A stretch of 63,887 nt of DNA, filler included, from Octopus bimaculoides (lineage: Eukaryota), in the NCBI RefSeq assembly GCF_001194135.2. It is 5 parts of 5 records of this genome, joined end to end, with 100 filler letters (N's around TTAATTAATTAA, not from the genome) between each part and the next. Parts side by side here need not be neighbours in the genome. Positions count along the whole stretch, not along the records: positions 35,466 to 56,052 come from NC_068998.1; positions 56,153 to 62,777 come from NC_068981.1; positions 62,878 to 63,887 come from NW_026407117.1; 2 more parts are not named here. The stretch is one strand, 5' to 3'. Of this stretch, positions 49,114 through 62,908 are shown piece by piece. The position numbers and the translations under genes were made by a program. The notes under the pieces are model-generated. The model was given only the letters and a program-made list of their open reading frames with translations, was not told the origin of the DNA and ran no database searches. Within the stretch, counting starts at the first letter, position 1, and each line of letters starts with the position of its first letter.

Positions 49114-49488
49114 AGAATAATAATAATAACAATAATGATAATAATAAGAGGAAATATATCTAACTGTTTTGCCTATGGCTTTATGTCTAATTAAGATATT
49201 ACTTAAAGCTGAGAAGGAGGAACTGACTTTGTGTTTGATATGATTTTGACACCACTTATTTCTGAGAGTAAATCACAGCAAGAACACTTTGGTCTTTGAT
49301 CTCCCCAAAGGCATAAAAATAAATAAATAAATAAAATATAAAATATACCAATCACATGACCGTGTTTGTGTTTATCGTCTTTCTTCTAACCATCCTCTGT
49401 TACAATGATGTCATTTACCTCGGAAAGGAAATTTTAGGGAAGATGGTCAGGACGTGTTGAACCAAACTGAATGCTTTATTTATATATG

Positions 49489-49952
49489 CTCTTTTACTCT
49501 TTTACTTGTTTCAGTCATTATTGACTGCGGCCATGCTGGAGCACCGCCTTTAGTCGAGCAAATCGACCCCAGGACTTATTCTTTGGAAGCCTAGTACTTA
49601 TTCTATCGGTCTCATTTTGCCGAACCGCTAAGTTACGNNNNNNNNNNTACTTATTCTATCGGTCTCATTTTGCCGAACCGCTAAGTTACGGGGACGTAAA
49701 CACACCAGCATCGGTTGTCAAGCGATGTTGGAGGGACAAACACAGACACACACACACACATATATACATATACGTACATATATATATACGACGGGCTTCT
49801 TTCAGTTTCCGTCTACAAAATCCACTCACAAGGCTTTGGTCGGCCCGAGGCTAAAGTAGAAGACACTTGCCCAAGGTGCCACGCAGTGGGACTGAACCCG
49901 GAACCATGTGGTTGGTAAGCAAGGTACTTACCACACAGCCACTCCTGTGCCT
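49489..49952 (-). mobile_element. SINE-A, full length (contains an assembly overlap duplication)
   Basis: Near-consensus copy. Confidence 0.93.
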
Positions 49953-50206
49953 ATATATATTTTTTTCTGTTTAGTGTCAGCCAATTCACAATGTTTCTCA
50001 AGGCCTTTGAGACTGGTAGAGAGGAAAGAAGGAAGGAAGGAAACAAGGAAGTTATGTGGAGGCAGGAGATCTACCCAGAATGCTTACCAAAGAGTGGACT
50101 TACTCAAGGCCCAGATGACGGTATTAAAGCTTGTGATGGTTTAATGCCGCCGCCCAAGAAGAGAAGCAAACCCTCGATGGCATTCCATAATATTTCTTTC
50201 TGCATA

Positions 50207-50470
50207 TTCTTTTACACGTTTCAGTCATTTGACTGTGGCCATGCTGGAGCATCACCTTGAAGGGTTTTAGCCAGAGAAATCGACCCCAGGACTTGTTCTT
50301 AGTAAGCCAAATACTTATTCTATCGGTCTTTTTTGCCGAACTGTTAAAGTTATGGGGAGATAGTTCAGCACAGAGATGAAGTAGAAGACACTTACCAAGG
50401 GTGACATGCAATGGGATTGAACTTAAAACCAAGTAGTTATGAAGTAAAATCTTAAATCCCACAGCAATAC
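50207..50470 (-). mobile_element. SINE-A, old copy with central deletion
   Basis: Tail and diverged head modules joined directly. Confidence 0.7.
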
Positions 50471-50659
50471 TTGCAGCCCCTGTCTGTTGGTTCTTGTCAT
50501 TCACACCAAGGTCAGCCGTTACCTTTCATCTGTTCAAAGCTAATAGAATAACTAGTGTGATGGTCATTACAGCCAAGATTATCCCTCTTCTGTGAACATT
50601 TTAATGCCATGCTTAATTACAAGTAATTACCAAAATTATCATTCCTCACTCCCCCATAC

Positions 50660-50676
50660 CTGTCACAACCACCACC

Positions 50677-50707
<31 letters not shown>

Positions 50708-50990
50708 CCACCACCACTATCGTCATCTTCATCATCATCAACAGTAGCAGCATCACTATTACTCATATCCTTATCATCACAATTATCATCATTGTCATTG
50801 TCATCCTCATCACTCTCATCATCATCATCATCATCATCACCATTACCCTCATCACTATCGTCATCATCATCATCATCATCATCATTATCATTATCACTTT
50901 CCTCATCATGAAGCCATTACCCTCCTTATTGTCATCATCATCATCATCATAGCTGTCATCAATACTGTCATCATCTCCATCAGTACTACG
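50660..50990. repeat. CAC/CAA/CAT trinucleotide tract
   Basis: Direct reading. Confidence 0.92.
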
Positions 50991-51092
50991 ATGCAAGAAA
51001 TATAGTCCTGATATATATATTTTGATATATATATAGTGCACTAACAAAAACATTTTTGATTACTAATTGTAATTATTTTCAAAAAAATGCTG

Positions 51093-51540
51093 AGGCACAA
51101 GAGCGGCTTTACAGGTGCAAGAGTGGCTTTATAGGTGCAGGAGTGGCTGTGTGGTAAGAAGCTTGCTTCCCTACCACTTTGTTCCGGGTTCAGTCCCACT
51201 GCATGGCACCTTGGGCAAGTGTCTTCTACTAAAGCCTCAGGTTGACCAAAGCCTTGTAAATGGATTTGGTAGATGGAAACTGAAAGAAGCCCATCGTATA
51301 TATATAAATATGTGTGTGTGTGTATTTGTGTGTGTGTGTTTGTGTGTGTGTCTGTGTCTGTCCCCCCACGGTCGCTTGACAACCAGTGTTGATGTGTTTA
51401 CGTCCCCGTAACTTAGCATTTCGGCAAAAGAGACCGATAGAATAAGTACTAGGCTTACAAAGAACAAGTCCTGGGGTCGATTTGTTCGACTGAAGGTGGT
51501 GCTCCAGCATGGCCACAGTCAAATGACTGAACCAAGTAAA
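51093..51540 (+). mobile_element. SINE-A, full length, with triplicated 20-bp 5' unit
   Basis: Units at 51093, 51113 and 51133: aggcacaagagcggctttac / aggtgcaagagtggctttat / aggtgcaggagtggctgtgt. Confidence 0.9.
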
Positions 51541-51729
51541 AAAAATAACTGACTGAATATCTCAACTTCTTCTTTCTCCCCCCCCCTCTCTCTCTCAGTC
51601 TCTCTTTCATGTCCTTATAAAATGAACCATCTTTGTTTTTTTATGCTTAGATAAACCTTTTCTAATACTGTTAGTCTCATCGCTATTCTGTGAGTTGCAC
51701 TTTTTTATATGAATAATGGTTTTTGATTT

Positions 51730-52095
51730 AGGTGTAGGGCCAAAGATTTTGAAGGGAGTTGGGTGGGTAGATAGCAATTTCAGTACTTTACGAGTCCTTT
51801 ATTTTTACAGACCTCACTCCCAGCACCAAGAAGGATGAAAGGCAAAATCCACCTCAGCGGGATTTGAACTCAGAACATAAAGGGCTTGAAAGAAATATCA
51901 CAATGCAATTTTTTTCTGATGGTCTGGACTGCATTCAGATAATGTAATCCCTGGGAGGGACAACGATTATTCAATGAGCTGGCAACTAAGTGATCCCGAG
52001 AGGGACAAAAAGCAAAGTTGACCTCAGTAGGATTTGAACCCATAATGTAAAGGACTGGAAGGTATACTGCAAAATATTTTTTCCAGTCGTCTGGG
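51730..52095 (-). mobile_element. Two decayed SINE-C-like fragments
   Basis: ggatgaaaggcaaaatccacctcagcgggatttgaactcagaac (about 51833-51878) and gcaaagttgacctcagtaggatttgaaccc (about 52012-52041). Confidence 0.6.
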
Positions 52096-52204
52096 CTAAA
52101 TCCAGATTATCTGATTTTCCAAAAGAAAAAAAACTTTATTGAATGAGTCAACAAGAAAGAGGTAGAGAGGTAGAGAGAGAGAGGTAGAGAGATAGAGAGA
52201 GAGT

Positions 52205-52266
<62 letters not shown>

Positions 52267-52714
52267 ATTAGTAACTGAAGCCCACAATGGAGCTATAGGC
52301 GTTCACTTGAACCAACAGGGAGCTGATTGCAGCCATTTGAGCCAACAAGAAAGACACTGCATGGTTGCTCGATCTGCTAGAAACAGCAGCCAAATTTCCC
52401 TCAAATCACACCCTGTTACTTTGTATAAAAAAAAAAAAGGCAGGGGGCAGGAAATAATAATGTAGTTCTAGTTTCCTAACTACACTATGCATGAAAAGAA
52501 AAATGTAGGAATAGCCATGAATAGAACACCTTCGAGCAGTAAGAGTCTGTTTGACCAGAACTGACCTAGGATAAGTAATACCTGACATATTCTTCTCCCA
52601 GCAATAGTTTACAGCCACTGGTGCAGTGATACACAGCCCTCCAATTTCTATTCTACCATTATTACAGTGGTCTCTGCTTTTCTTAAGTTTCTAACTCTGT
52701 GCTGCCCTCTACAT

Positions 52715-53711
52715 CAGTCGTTTCTAAACCATTATTTACCTGTGGGCCCTTTTGCTTACTACTCTATTATTGTGGTACACCCCCACTTCTACCCCCTGCT
52801 AGTCATTCAAATGTTTAAAATACCAGCTTTATAAATACTTCTTTCAAAATTCCTATATTGTTATCCACACATTAACTTGCGTAGGTTGAACTGTGTAAAA
52901 CATTAGAAAAAGAAACTCTAGTTGTTTCTTGCAATGAATACATTCAAAGTAACATATTTTCATGGACCCTTAAAATACCATAGTAGATTCCCAATTTTCT
53001 ATTTTGCTTGCTTGGACCCCTTTGATTACTATTTTATTCTGGTTGACCCCCATAGCCATTCCATGTTTAAAAACTAATTTCCTTTGAAATTCCAGTTTTG
53101 TTTTTCATACATTAACTTCCGTAGATTGAATCATGTAAAACATCAGAGAAAGAAACTGACCTGTTTTTTGCAATAAATACATTCAAAGTAAAAAATTTTC
53201 ACAGGCATAGGAGTGGCTGTGTGGTAAGTAGCTTACTTACCAACCACATGGTTCTGGGCTCAGTCCCACTGTGTGGCATCTTGGGCAAGTGTCTTCTACT
53301 ATGACCTCAGGCCGACCAAAGCCTTGTGAGTGGATTTTGTAGACGGAAACTGAAAGAAGCCCGTCGTATACATGTACATATGTATACATGTATATATATA
53401 TGTGTGTGTAAGTGTTTCTGTGTTTGTCTCGCTTGACAACTGATGCTGGTGTGTTTACGTCCCCGTAACTTAGCGGTTCGGCAAAAGAGACTGATAGAAT
53501 AAGAACTAGGCTTCTAAAGAATAAGTCCTGGGGTCGATTTGCTCGACTAAAGGCGGTGCTCCAGCATGGCCACAGTCAAATGACTGAAACAAGTAAAAGA
53601 GACTTTTAAAATCCTACTTTGGATCCTCAATTTACTGTTTTGTTTGTAAGGATCCCTAAAAGTCTTACATGGACCTCAAGAGGTCATATGGATCCTGACT
53701 GAGAGCCACTG
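52715..53711. mobile_element. hAT-type non-autonomous element with internal tandem duplication and nested SINE-A
   Basis: Termini cagtcgtttct... / ...gagagccactg (CAGTGG-type); 8-bp TSD ctctacat (52707-52714) / ctttacat (53712-53719). Confidence 0.75.
53203..53601 (+). mobile_element. SINE-A, full length
   Basis: Near-consensus copy. Confidence 0.93.
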
Positions 53712-54182
53712 CTTTACATAAACCAACTGAATAGTAACAGCATTGCCTATTTTCAATGTCTCTCCTGTGTTTTATTAAATATTTCATCCAATCTTTCCCT
53801 CTTGGAATTTGATACCCACAAGACACTCTCTGCCTGTATTTTTTTCCTGACATGAACAACCTCTAAGAAGTTCAAACTGAACACCATTCCATTTTCATCT
53901 CCCATTATAAACACCACTTTTATTCTCATTTTTGCCTCCTTAGATTAATACAGAGTACATATATTAAAAAAAAAAGGGGATCGAATATATATATGAATGT
54001 ATGTATATATGTATGAATGTATATATGTATGCATGTATGTATAAGAATTTTGCAAAACAAATACATAAATGATTATATATATATATATATGTATGTATAA
54101 TATATATATATGTATATGTATATCTTTATACTTCTCTGTCTCTCATTGTTACACACACACACATACACACACATGCACAAGG

Positions 54183-54218
<36 letters not shown>

Positions 54219-54354
54219 NNNNNNNNNNNNNNNNNNNNNNNNNNNNNNNNATGTATTAGGAAGAATAATTAACTCAGGTACACATAAATTCTTCTAAGAC
54301 CAATATTCTTTCTCCTTGGTTGTCTCTTAGGAAAAAAAAAAAAAAAAGAAAATA

Positions 54355-54415
<61 letters not shown>

Positions 54416-54514
54416 TAATTGCAAAACCAATATCGAATGAGAATAAACTGCTTTATATCTGGTATATTTAATCTAGCATCTATTACCTAGAAAGAAAAAG
54501 AAAAAAAAGGAAGC

Positions 54515-54557
<43 letters not shown>

Positions 54558-55328
54558 GAAGAAAGGAAGGAAGAAAGAAAGAAAGAGAACACCTGGATAA
54601 TATCACATTGATCCTTAAGACCAGCATCACCAATGACATTAATGGCTAACTGGCTTAGCTTATTGATCTATTCAATATCTGAATTATTATATAATGAGAA
54701 TATTTAATTTAAACAGTGCTAAAATACTGAAGGAAATCTTACAGTAGCTATGTTCTATTGTGTGCGTTTGTTAGTTGTATTCTAATTCATTTTAAAGCAT
54801 TCTGAAGGTCAATGAAAATAAAGGTTTTAGAATATTTAGGTTTTCAAAAGAATATTTATGATGATTAAATGCAAATATGAATTTATTTACTTCATATAAA
54901 ATGATATTTCGTATATTTTTTTCTCCCTACTTTACCTTAAAAAAAATGTTATTTTCATAATGCAATCTTAATTTTAAACACTATGATCAATATGTTTTGG
55001 TATATTCTTGAAAAAAATAATAATAATCTTTCTTTTTTGTTCTTTTTCTTTTGTTTCTTGTTTTTTTTAATATACATTTTCTTAAAGTTATTAAAACACT
55101 TTGTTCTTTGTTATGCAAAAGTGAAAATTTCACATACAATGGCTATGATGATGATGATGATGACAAAATTTGCATAGTAAACAATTAAGAAAAATATTAC
55201 TCAAGAAAAATGTATTAAACTGAAAATATTTTAAATTTAGTTTCTGATAATCATATATTTTTTTTTATTTTAGACAATTTTAGGATGGGTATACAGTTTA
55301 AATTATTCATATCTAAAATCATACTTAT

Positions 55329-55365
<37 letters not shown>

Positions 55366-55620
55366 ATTATATATACATATATGTATATACACACACATAT
55401 ATATATATATATGCATATATATATTCATGTATATATACATACATGTATATACATATTTATATATATATATACATATATATATAGGGAATTATGCCATGAA
55501 TGTCATTAGCTTACAGCTGTTTCTGCTATGGCATGCAATTCACTCACAGTTGAATGCTTATGTAAGACCTCATAGCTTAATCAAAGTTTCAAAAATGAGG
55601 TGCAATTTTATTTAGGAAAA

Positions 55621-55785
55621 CACAGGAGTGGCTGTGTGGTAAGTAGCTTGCTTTACTAACCACATGGTTCCAGGTTGGGCAAGTGTCTTCTTCTATAGTC
55701 TGAGGCCAACCAAAGCCTTGTGAGTGAATTTGGTAGACAGAAACTGAAAGAAGCCCATCGTGTATATATGTATATATATATATAT
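55621..55785 (+). mobile_element. SINE-A 5' half with B-box deleted
   Basis: caggagtggctgtgtggtaagtagc...ggttccaggttgggcaagtgtc lacks cagtcccactgcgtggcacc. Confidence 0.8.
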
Positions 55786-56052
55786 ACTAGCAGAAATACC
55801 CGGCTTTGCCCGGGTTAAAGAGAATAATGAAATCTAAAAACGCTGTCTAGACTACGCAACCCTCAACTGTTAGTAGCTACGATACCATATTTCTACATTA
55901 ATAACTCTCCAATCCATGCCAGCATGGAACATAGACATTAAGTGGAATGCCAGTGTCTCATCTAGGAGGGCCTTGAAATCAATATTACCAACTGGGGACT
56001 ATGTGTGTCGCAGTGATAATAAAAAGACCCAAAGGAGGTCTGCAACGAAATA
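55786..56052 (+). mobile_element. Helitron/Helentron-like non-autonomous element end
   Basis: Begins actag followed by GC hairpin acccggctttgcccgggt, inserted in a (TA)n run; family call from recalled end structure. Confidence 0.45.
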
Positions 56053-56152
56053 NNNNNNNNNNNNNNNNNNNNNNNNNNNNNNNNNNNNNNNNNNNNTTAA
56101 TTAATTAANNNNNNNNNNNNNNNNNNNNNNNNNNNNNNNNNNNNNNNNNNNN

Positions 56153-56211
<59 letters not shown>

Positions 56212-56750
56212 TAGATATATGTGTATTTTTATGTGTATATTAATATATGCATATATGTATATATATAAATATATATATAGACATATAACACGTATACACA
56301 TATATGAAATTTATACATAGTTCATATGTGTGTCTGTGTGGTGTACGTATAACTGTATATTTGTGTTTATATTTTTTTAAGTAAGTGTAAAGATATATAC
56401 AAAACACATTTCAGTATTCACAACCATAGATTTATTGTCTACCAACTCCTCTCGAGGTTTTCAGTTGAAGAGCAATTGCGATACGTTTTCTGGTGTTAAA
56501 AAACATAATTACGTTTTTATTGCCAGAATGCTAAAATGATTTTGCTAATACGAAAAACTTCAGCAACCCCAAATGTCCAATAAAGATATTCGAAAAATAA
56601 AGTTACAGCCACTTGACGTAATGGAATGAATGTGAAGTTAGATATTCGCTGCTTTTATCCGCTATGATACCCATGGTGTCCGATAAGCTTAATTCCGTCA
56701 TCAAGAAAGGCAGGTATCAAAGTCAACCAATTCGTATAAATCACTATATG

Positions 56751-56790
<40 letters not shown>

Positions 56791-57169
56791 NNNNNNNNNN
56801 NNNNNNNNNNNNNNNNNNNNNNNNNNNNNNNNNNNNNNNNNNNNNNNNNNNNNNNNNNNNNNNNNNNNNNNNNNNNNNNNNNNNNNNNNNNNNNNNNNNN
56901 NNNNNNNNNNNNNNNNNNNNNNNNNNNNNNNNNNNNNNNNNNNNNNNNNNNNNNNNNNNNNNNNNNNNNNNNNNNNNNNNNNNNNNNNNNNNNNNNNNNN
57001 NNNNNNNNNNNNNNNNNNNNNNNNNNNNNNNNNNNNNNNNNNNNNNNNNNNNNNNNNNNNNNNNNNNNNNATATAAACACACGCATATATATATATAGAA
57101 GAATGTATGTATATATATATATATATATATTTATACATATATACATACATATATATGTGTATATATATA

Positions 57170-57209
<40 letters not shown>

Positions 57210-58989
57210 CATGCATATATGTATTTATGTATGTATATATGTATATATATAGACATACATATACATCTATATGCACATATATACATATACATACATATAT
57301 ATACACTTATATGTATGCATGTATGTATATATGCGTGTATGTTTTCAAAATCAGTGTTACCATGCTATTAGTTTGATGCTTCAGTGAAGGGGAAGGCATT
57401 TCAGAGGGTGCTCTCCTCGGTATAGTGGAGTGAAAATACATATTGTTGATCTCATAATTATATTGTTGATCCTTATAATTATAGTAAGGGCTGTAATGAG
57501 TAACTCTACATGTTAGAAATAGACGCCAAATTGCTATAAGAGCTACATTTTTTACCACTTTGGCACGGGCTGAAAGCGTGAGAAATGAACATATAAGATC
57601 TTTTTTTTAAATGGTTTAACGATAGATTGATTTCTAGTTTAGGAATATAACTCCTTTTACCGTCTTCAGTATGGTACAACTCAAAGTCCATTATTATAAA
57701 CCTTTACACCTGCCCATACGAATATAATGTATTCCCGAGCGAATGTACAAACGTTCACACTTACGTAACAAGCTAAATCTAATTTGTCAACCTCAGCCAC
57801 GTGCCAATTCGACCAAAATAATCTCGGAAGTGGTTTATATTTATCTTTATAAAGATTTTAATCTTGATTATAAAGATAAATATAAACCCCTTCAACCGAT
57901 ATATTGTTGATCTTATATATCTGACTGTTGTCTGATCAGAAATATGCTGTAGGGCAGGTGACCGAGGAGGAGGAGGACAATCGTTTGTCTGTAGGGGTGT
58001 TGTTCTTTGTGTGTGCGCGCGCACGTGCGTGTGCGCGCGTGCGTACATGTATGTATTGTGTGTATGTGTGAGATGGCATGTATATATGGATTTTTAGTCG
58101 GTATGTTTTACATACATTTCTCTGTATATATGCATGATTGTGTGTAGGAGAGAGTTGGGGGTTAGGGTTAGGGTTAGGGTTAATGTCTTTGAACACTCAT
58201 GTCCTAATGTTTGGCAGGTAGAGAGGGCTGTGCCTGATATATCCAGAAGGAAAGTCCAAAACACCTTCGTCGCTTATTTGATAAGCGATTCCGGAACTCA
58301 TTTGTCTACAACTGAGTGATTTGGTAGCACAATTGAGAGACTTGATAAAGTTCCGTAAAGTATTTTGGTCTCCCTTCTGATTTTTCAGGTCGCTGTAACC
58401 TTTGATAGATAGCCGAGTAAATAGAAGGAAGAATAATATATGCTAGCGATACACTTTATGGCTTTTGTAATCAGAATCTACACTCCTCTCGAATAATGGG
58501 CCGCCGTGCTTGGTCAATGGAAATCAATAATACTAAGTATACTGCATTGCTACGGCCACTTGAGATCTCTTTATTCCCCCAGTTTATGGAGCAAATCAAT
58601 CTTGGGAGTACACTGTGGTTGATTTAATTGTTTTGGCCTTGCTACATAATCAGTGTCATAAAACATGTTTATTCCTGACGTAGCCGTTGTTATTGTTTTG
58701 TTAACACCTATGTAGTCTATCAACGAATAAAGTCATATTATTAGTTACAATGTCCCAGATAGAGTAATTTCATCTAGTTCTAGGCGATGTGTTATTTATC
58801 GCACTCTATACACGATAGTAGATAAAACGAATTGCTTCAAAAGATCCTTTATTTACTGTGCATTCTACGTTTGTCGGTGTTAGCCTTATTGATTAGAATC
58901 AAGTTAACAATGTCCGAACAATTCTGTGGTCAAACAAACTCCAGTTACCATGATTTCAGTTTTTCTCTATCACGTATGTTCGTCCACCA

Positions 58990-59700
58990 TTCAAAAAAGG
59001 TTCAGTGTGGAGTTGGCGACCTTCTTCAGTCCGTGAACGCAAGTGTCTTTGATAACGAGGACAGGGAACACGAACAACAATGAGAAATCTGATGGCGTAT
59101 TCCTTAGTAGCCTCTCTGTATTGTTATTGTTCAGCTGCGGTGTCTCTGATAGCCCCTTTTCTCTCACAGTTCTTGTGGTCTGCTGCATACAATTCCTCTA
59201 TTCAATGCCTGGTGCTTTAATTCTTTATGGTTTATATTGAAAACCATCAGAGAAATCTTAAAATGGTTTTGCAACGATATCTCTGGCCTTCTAAAGAGCG
59301 TTTACCGTGCAGAAGTTCGCTACGGAGCAATAATACTGTTAGCCGGTGATGTGTCAGATTTAGTGCATGTGAGAGTACATTATCTAATAGGATCTTATTT
59401 TTAAGGAAAGCACATACTGCGATTTGAAGGGTAGTTTATCAAGTAAATACGGCCTGGTGATTAGAATACAGGCTTACGAGATAGTTTCAGTAAGCAGGCA
59501 GTGTATTTTATACATCTGCACAGATCATTGATAATATACTTTTCCATACAGTGTCTGGGAATTGTCTTCTGCCAACGATACTTTAAATGTTAAATAGCGG
59601 CCAATGAATTCAAGGAGTAATTCTCGCAGCATATGTACTCTTTCAGATGTAGGTACAGGGAAATATGTCATAGAGGATATGCACTGTTGACGAATTTCAA
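58990..59700 (-). mobile_element. Decayed RTE-clade (BovB-like) LINE, ORF C-terminal region
   Basis: HHRLTVLLLRSELLHGKRSLEGQRYRCKTILRFL*WFSI resembles RLPKxLLYGELxxGKRxxGGQRKRxKDxLK; upstream SIVGRRQFPDTVWKS resembles ASxAFGRLRxxVW; many stops. Confidence 0.6.
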
Positions 59701-60628
59701 GCCATTGATTTCGTTAATTCTGATATAACACGTTGAAGCTGGTTATAATATGCTTTGTTGTCTGCACAGTTACTACCACGGTGCTGCATGTCAATAATCC
59801 AGCAGGCACACCACGTCGAACACCATACAGCGGCATTCATCTGCTGTCGCTAAGATATCACTACACCAACCAGACAGTAACAGATCATCAGATGTTAAAT
59901 TCTCTGTGAAGTAGAAGCCATTCCTTAAAACCAAGCCTCGAGCAACGATATCGCCGATGCATCATATATCACTACACCTAGTTGACTAAGCGACGCTAAC
60001 ATCGAGATGAAGATGCAGATATATTATCGGTGAGTTATTACCAGAGCAATGTGACCCCAGTTGACCCACGGGGATTAAGCAATCTATGTAATAAAAATGC
60101 AAGCTTTCTCTACTTGGCTTCTAAATGTCCGAGGATGTGAACGTGTTTCTCACGTCCGCGAAACCTTAAGTAACATGAGGTGCTGAATCAGCCTGTTATG
60201 CAATAATTACGTAAAGTTCAATTACGTGTTGAGTGTCGCTTCCGTTACTTTATCTACTCATATATATATATATATATATATATATAATGCATGTGCTCAC
60301 GTAGCTAATCTCACAAGAAATATAATAGTCAAGTAATGTCCTTTAATATATCTATACGGTTATCAACTGTTTTATAATCTCTTTTATAGCATATAAGTTG
60401 TCAGATTAGTAGTTAGCATATACCAGCAATGCAACTGGATTTCAACAGGAAATTATGGCTATTCATAAGTTGAAATGAAAACTCGTCAAACTGAGAATCA
60501 TTTGGAAAGCTTAAGTATGGGTGACATGCTTGTGAAATCTTTAACATCTGTAATTATACTGTAACATATACATAAGTTCATACATATAAATATACACATA
60601 AACACTCACATATGAGTACGCATTCACG

Positions 60629-60661
<33 letters not shown>

Positions 60662-60825
60662 TTACACACACATTTATATGCGTGTTTGTGTGTGTGCATG
60701 TGTGTATGTGTAAGTGTACGTCAAAGTATGTGAGTAAGTGTATAACGTGGTATGAGTATGGACGAATACACGATATAATTTAACGGATACACATATACAA
60801 CAGAATAACAGTACAAATGTATGTT

Positions 60826-60859
<34 letters not shown>

Positions 60860-61024
60860 NNNNNNNNNNNNNNNNNNNNNNNNNNNNNNNNNNNNNNNNN
60901 NNNNNNNNNNNNNNNNNNNNNNNNNNNNNNNNNNNNNNNNNNNNNNNNNNNNNNNNNNATATATATATGTATATATGTATATATCTGTATATACACAGAC
61001 ACACGCGCACACACACACATACAC

Positions 61025-61063
<39 letters not shown>

Positions 61064-61451
61064 TACACATATATATATACACTCCTATATTCGGTGTCAC
61101 GTCAGCAATGATGGAGTAGTGTTACATTCTTGTAATAGTTTGCTAAGATTTAGTTTAGCGTCAAATATATTTCGTCAAAAGAAAACAGTTGATTTCACGT
61201 CGTATCAAAGTTTGTTATGTTAAAGCAAGCGTTCTCAACAGCCATATTGCATGTCACAGACCTTACTAAATTCCACAAAAAAAAAAAAAACGGATAGAAT
61301 TATACCGATGCAAGGTTGATGAGTTGAGAGAATGTATGTCGATATATAAGTTACATATATGTGTTTGCGTGGGCGTGTATGTACGTGATTCTACATACAC
61401 ATATATATTTCTGTATACTTATATATGGGTATATATATGTGTGTGTATGTG

Positions 61452-61497
<46 letters not shown>

Positions 61498-62413
61498 TAT
61501 GTATATATATACATACAGTTATACATATATACAAATATGCATACAAACATGCATATATACATATATATATATATATAGTGTGTGTGTGCGTGCACAAACG
61601 TGCGCCTAGCTTCGGCAAAACACGCCTCAGTCCCTCAAAACGTTAATATTCTACGTGTTTCAAATAACTGAGACTCCAACACGAATAATACATAAACGCG
61701 CGCGCGCGCGTATCCAGGATCTCGATTTTTAGGACGCACATTTCCCTCACTCAACAGTTGAAAAATAAGTACGGATGCATTAGATACTTTTTGGCTAAAA
61801 CAGACATGTTAGTCACAATCACGAACATCTTTGATCATAGATCTGTTCGAATTTGGCTTACCTGGGGCTAATTAATAACATCATCTCACATATAATATCC
61901 AACTTTCAAATTTGAAAACCCTATCGCTTTTTAAATTCGTGGAATACCTCATCAATGTTCTTTGTTTGTCTTCTATTTCGTTATTTATTTCTTAATACAT
62001 GTATACATACGTACATGTGTTTGTATATGCGTGTGAGCGTGTGTGGGGGTTGTGGGGGAGGAGTGTGAGTTCGCGTTTTTTTAAACTCTCTTGTAATTAT
62101 CTATATAAAGTATGTGAAAGGTGTCGATATCTTGTGAGCCATTAGAATTTTTATGTAGAAGTGATAATTTCAGGCGTTACGAGGATGTTGACCCTCTACT
62201 AGAAGCTAGATCATGAATTTGTGGCAGTTTTGCGATGCTATAAAATGCTTTAGTAAGCTGGGATGCCTGAATATGCAAATTTGCCCAACAACTATCACTC
62301 TTATTGACGACCCTCTAACTCTCGGAACAAAATGATAATGCACATGTTATGTCCTTAGGTACGTCTAAGCGTAAACACATTCTTACTAATCGTAGCGGTT
62401 ACTTACTATTCAT

Positions 62414-62777
62414 GTGGAGGCGCAATGGCCCAGCGGTTATAGGATCGCGGTTTCGATTCCCAGACCGGGCGTTGTGAGTGTTTATTGAGTGAAAACACCT
62501 AAAGCTCCACGAAGCTCCGGCAGGGGTTGGTGGCGAACCCTGCTGTACTCTTTCACCACACCTTTCTCTTATTCTTTCTTCCTGTTTCTGGTGTACCTGT
62601 AATTCAAAGGGTCAGCAGACTTGTCACACTCTGTCACGCTGATTTCACGAGCAGGCTGTTCCGTTGATCGGATCAACTGGAACCCTCGACGTCGTAAACG
62701 TTAATTTCACGAGCAGGCTGTTCCGTTGATCGGATCAACTGGAACCCTCGACGTCGTAAGCGACGGACTGCCAACAG
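62414..62777 (+). mobile_element. SINE-B, rearranged copy
   Basis: About 20-nt deletion in the head; central segment replaced by a 56-bp duplicate of the tail (62642-62697 = 62704-62759). Confidence 0.88.
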
Positions 62778-62877
62778 NNNNNNNNNNNNNNNNNNNNNNN
62801 NNNNNNNNNNNNNNNNNNNNNTTAATTAATTAANNNNNNNNNNNNNNNNNNNNNNNNNNNNNNNNNNNNNNNNNNNN

Positions 62878-62908
<31 letters not shown>

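Noticed and set aside
49595-49690. 43-bp direct repeat inside SINE-A
   Set aside because: Identical copies either side of a 10-N gap; unmerged contig overlap.
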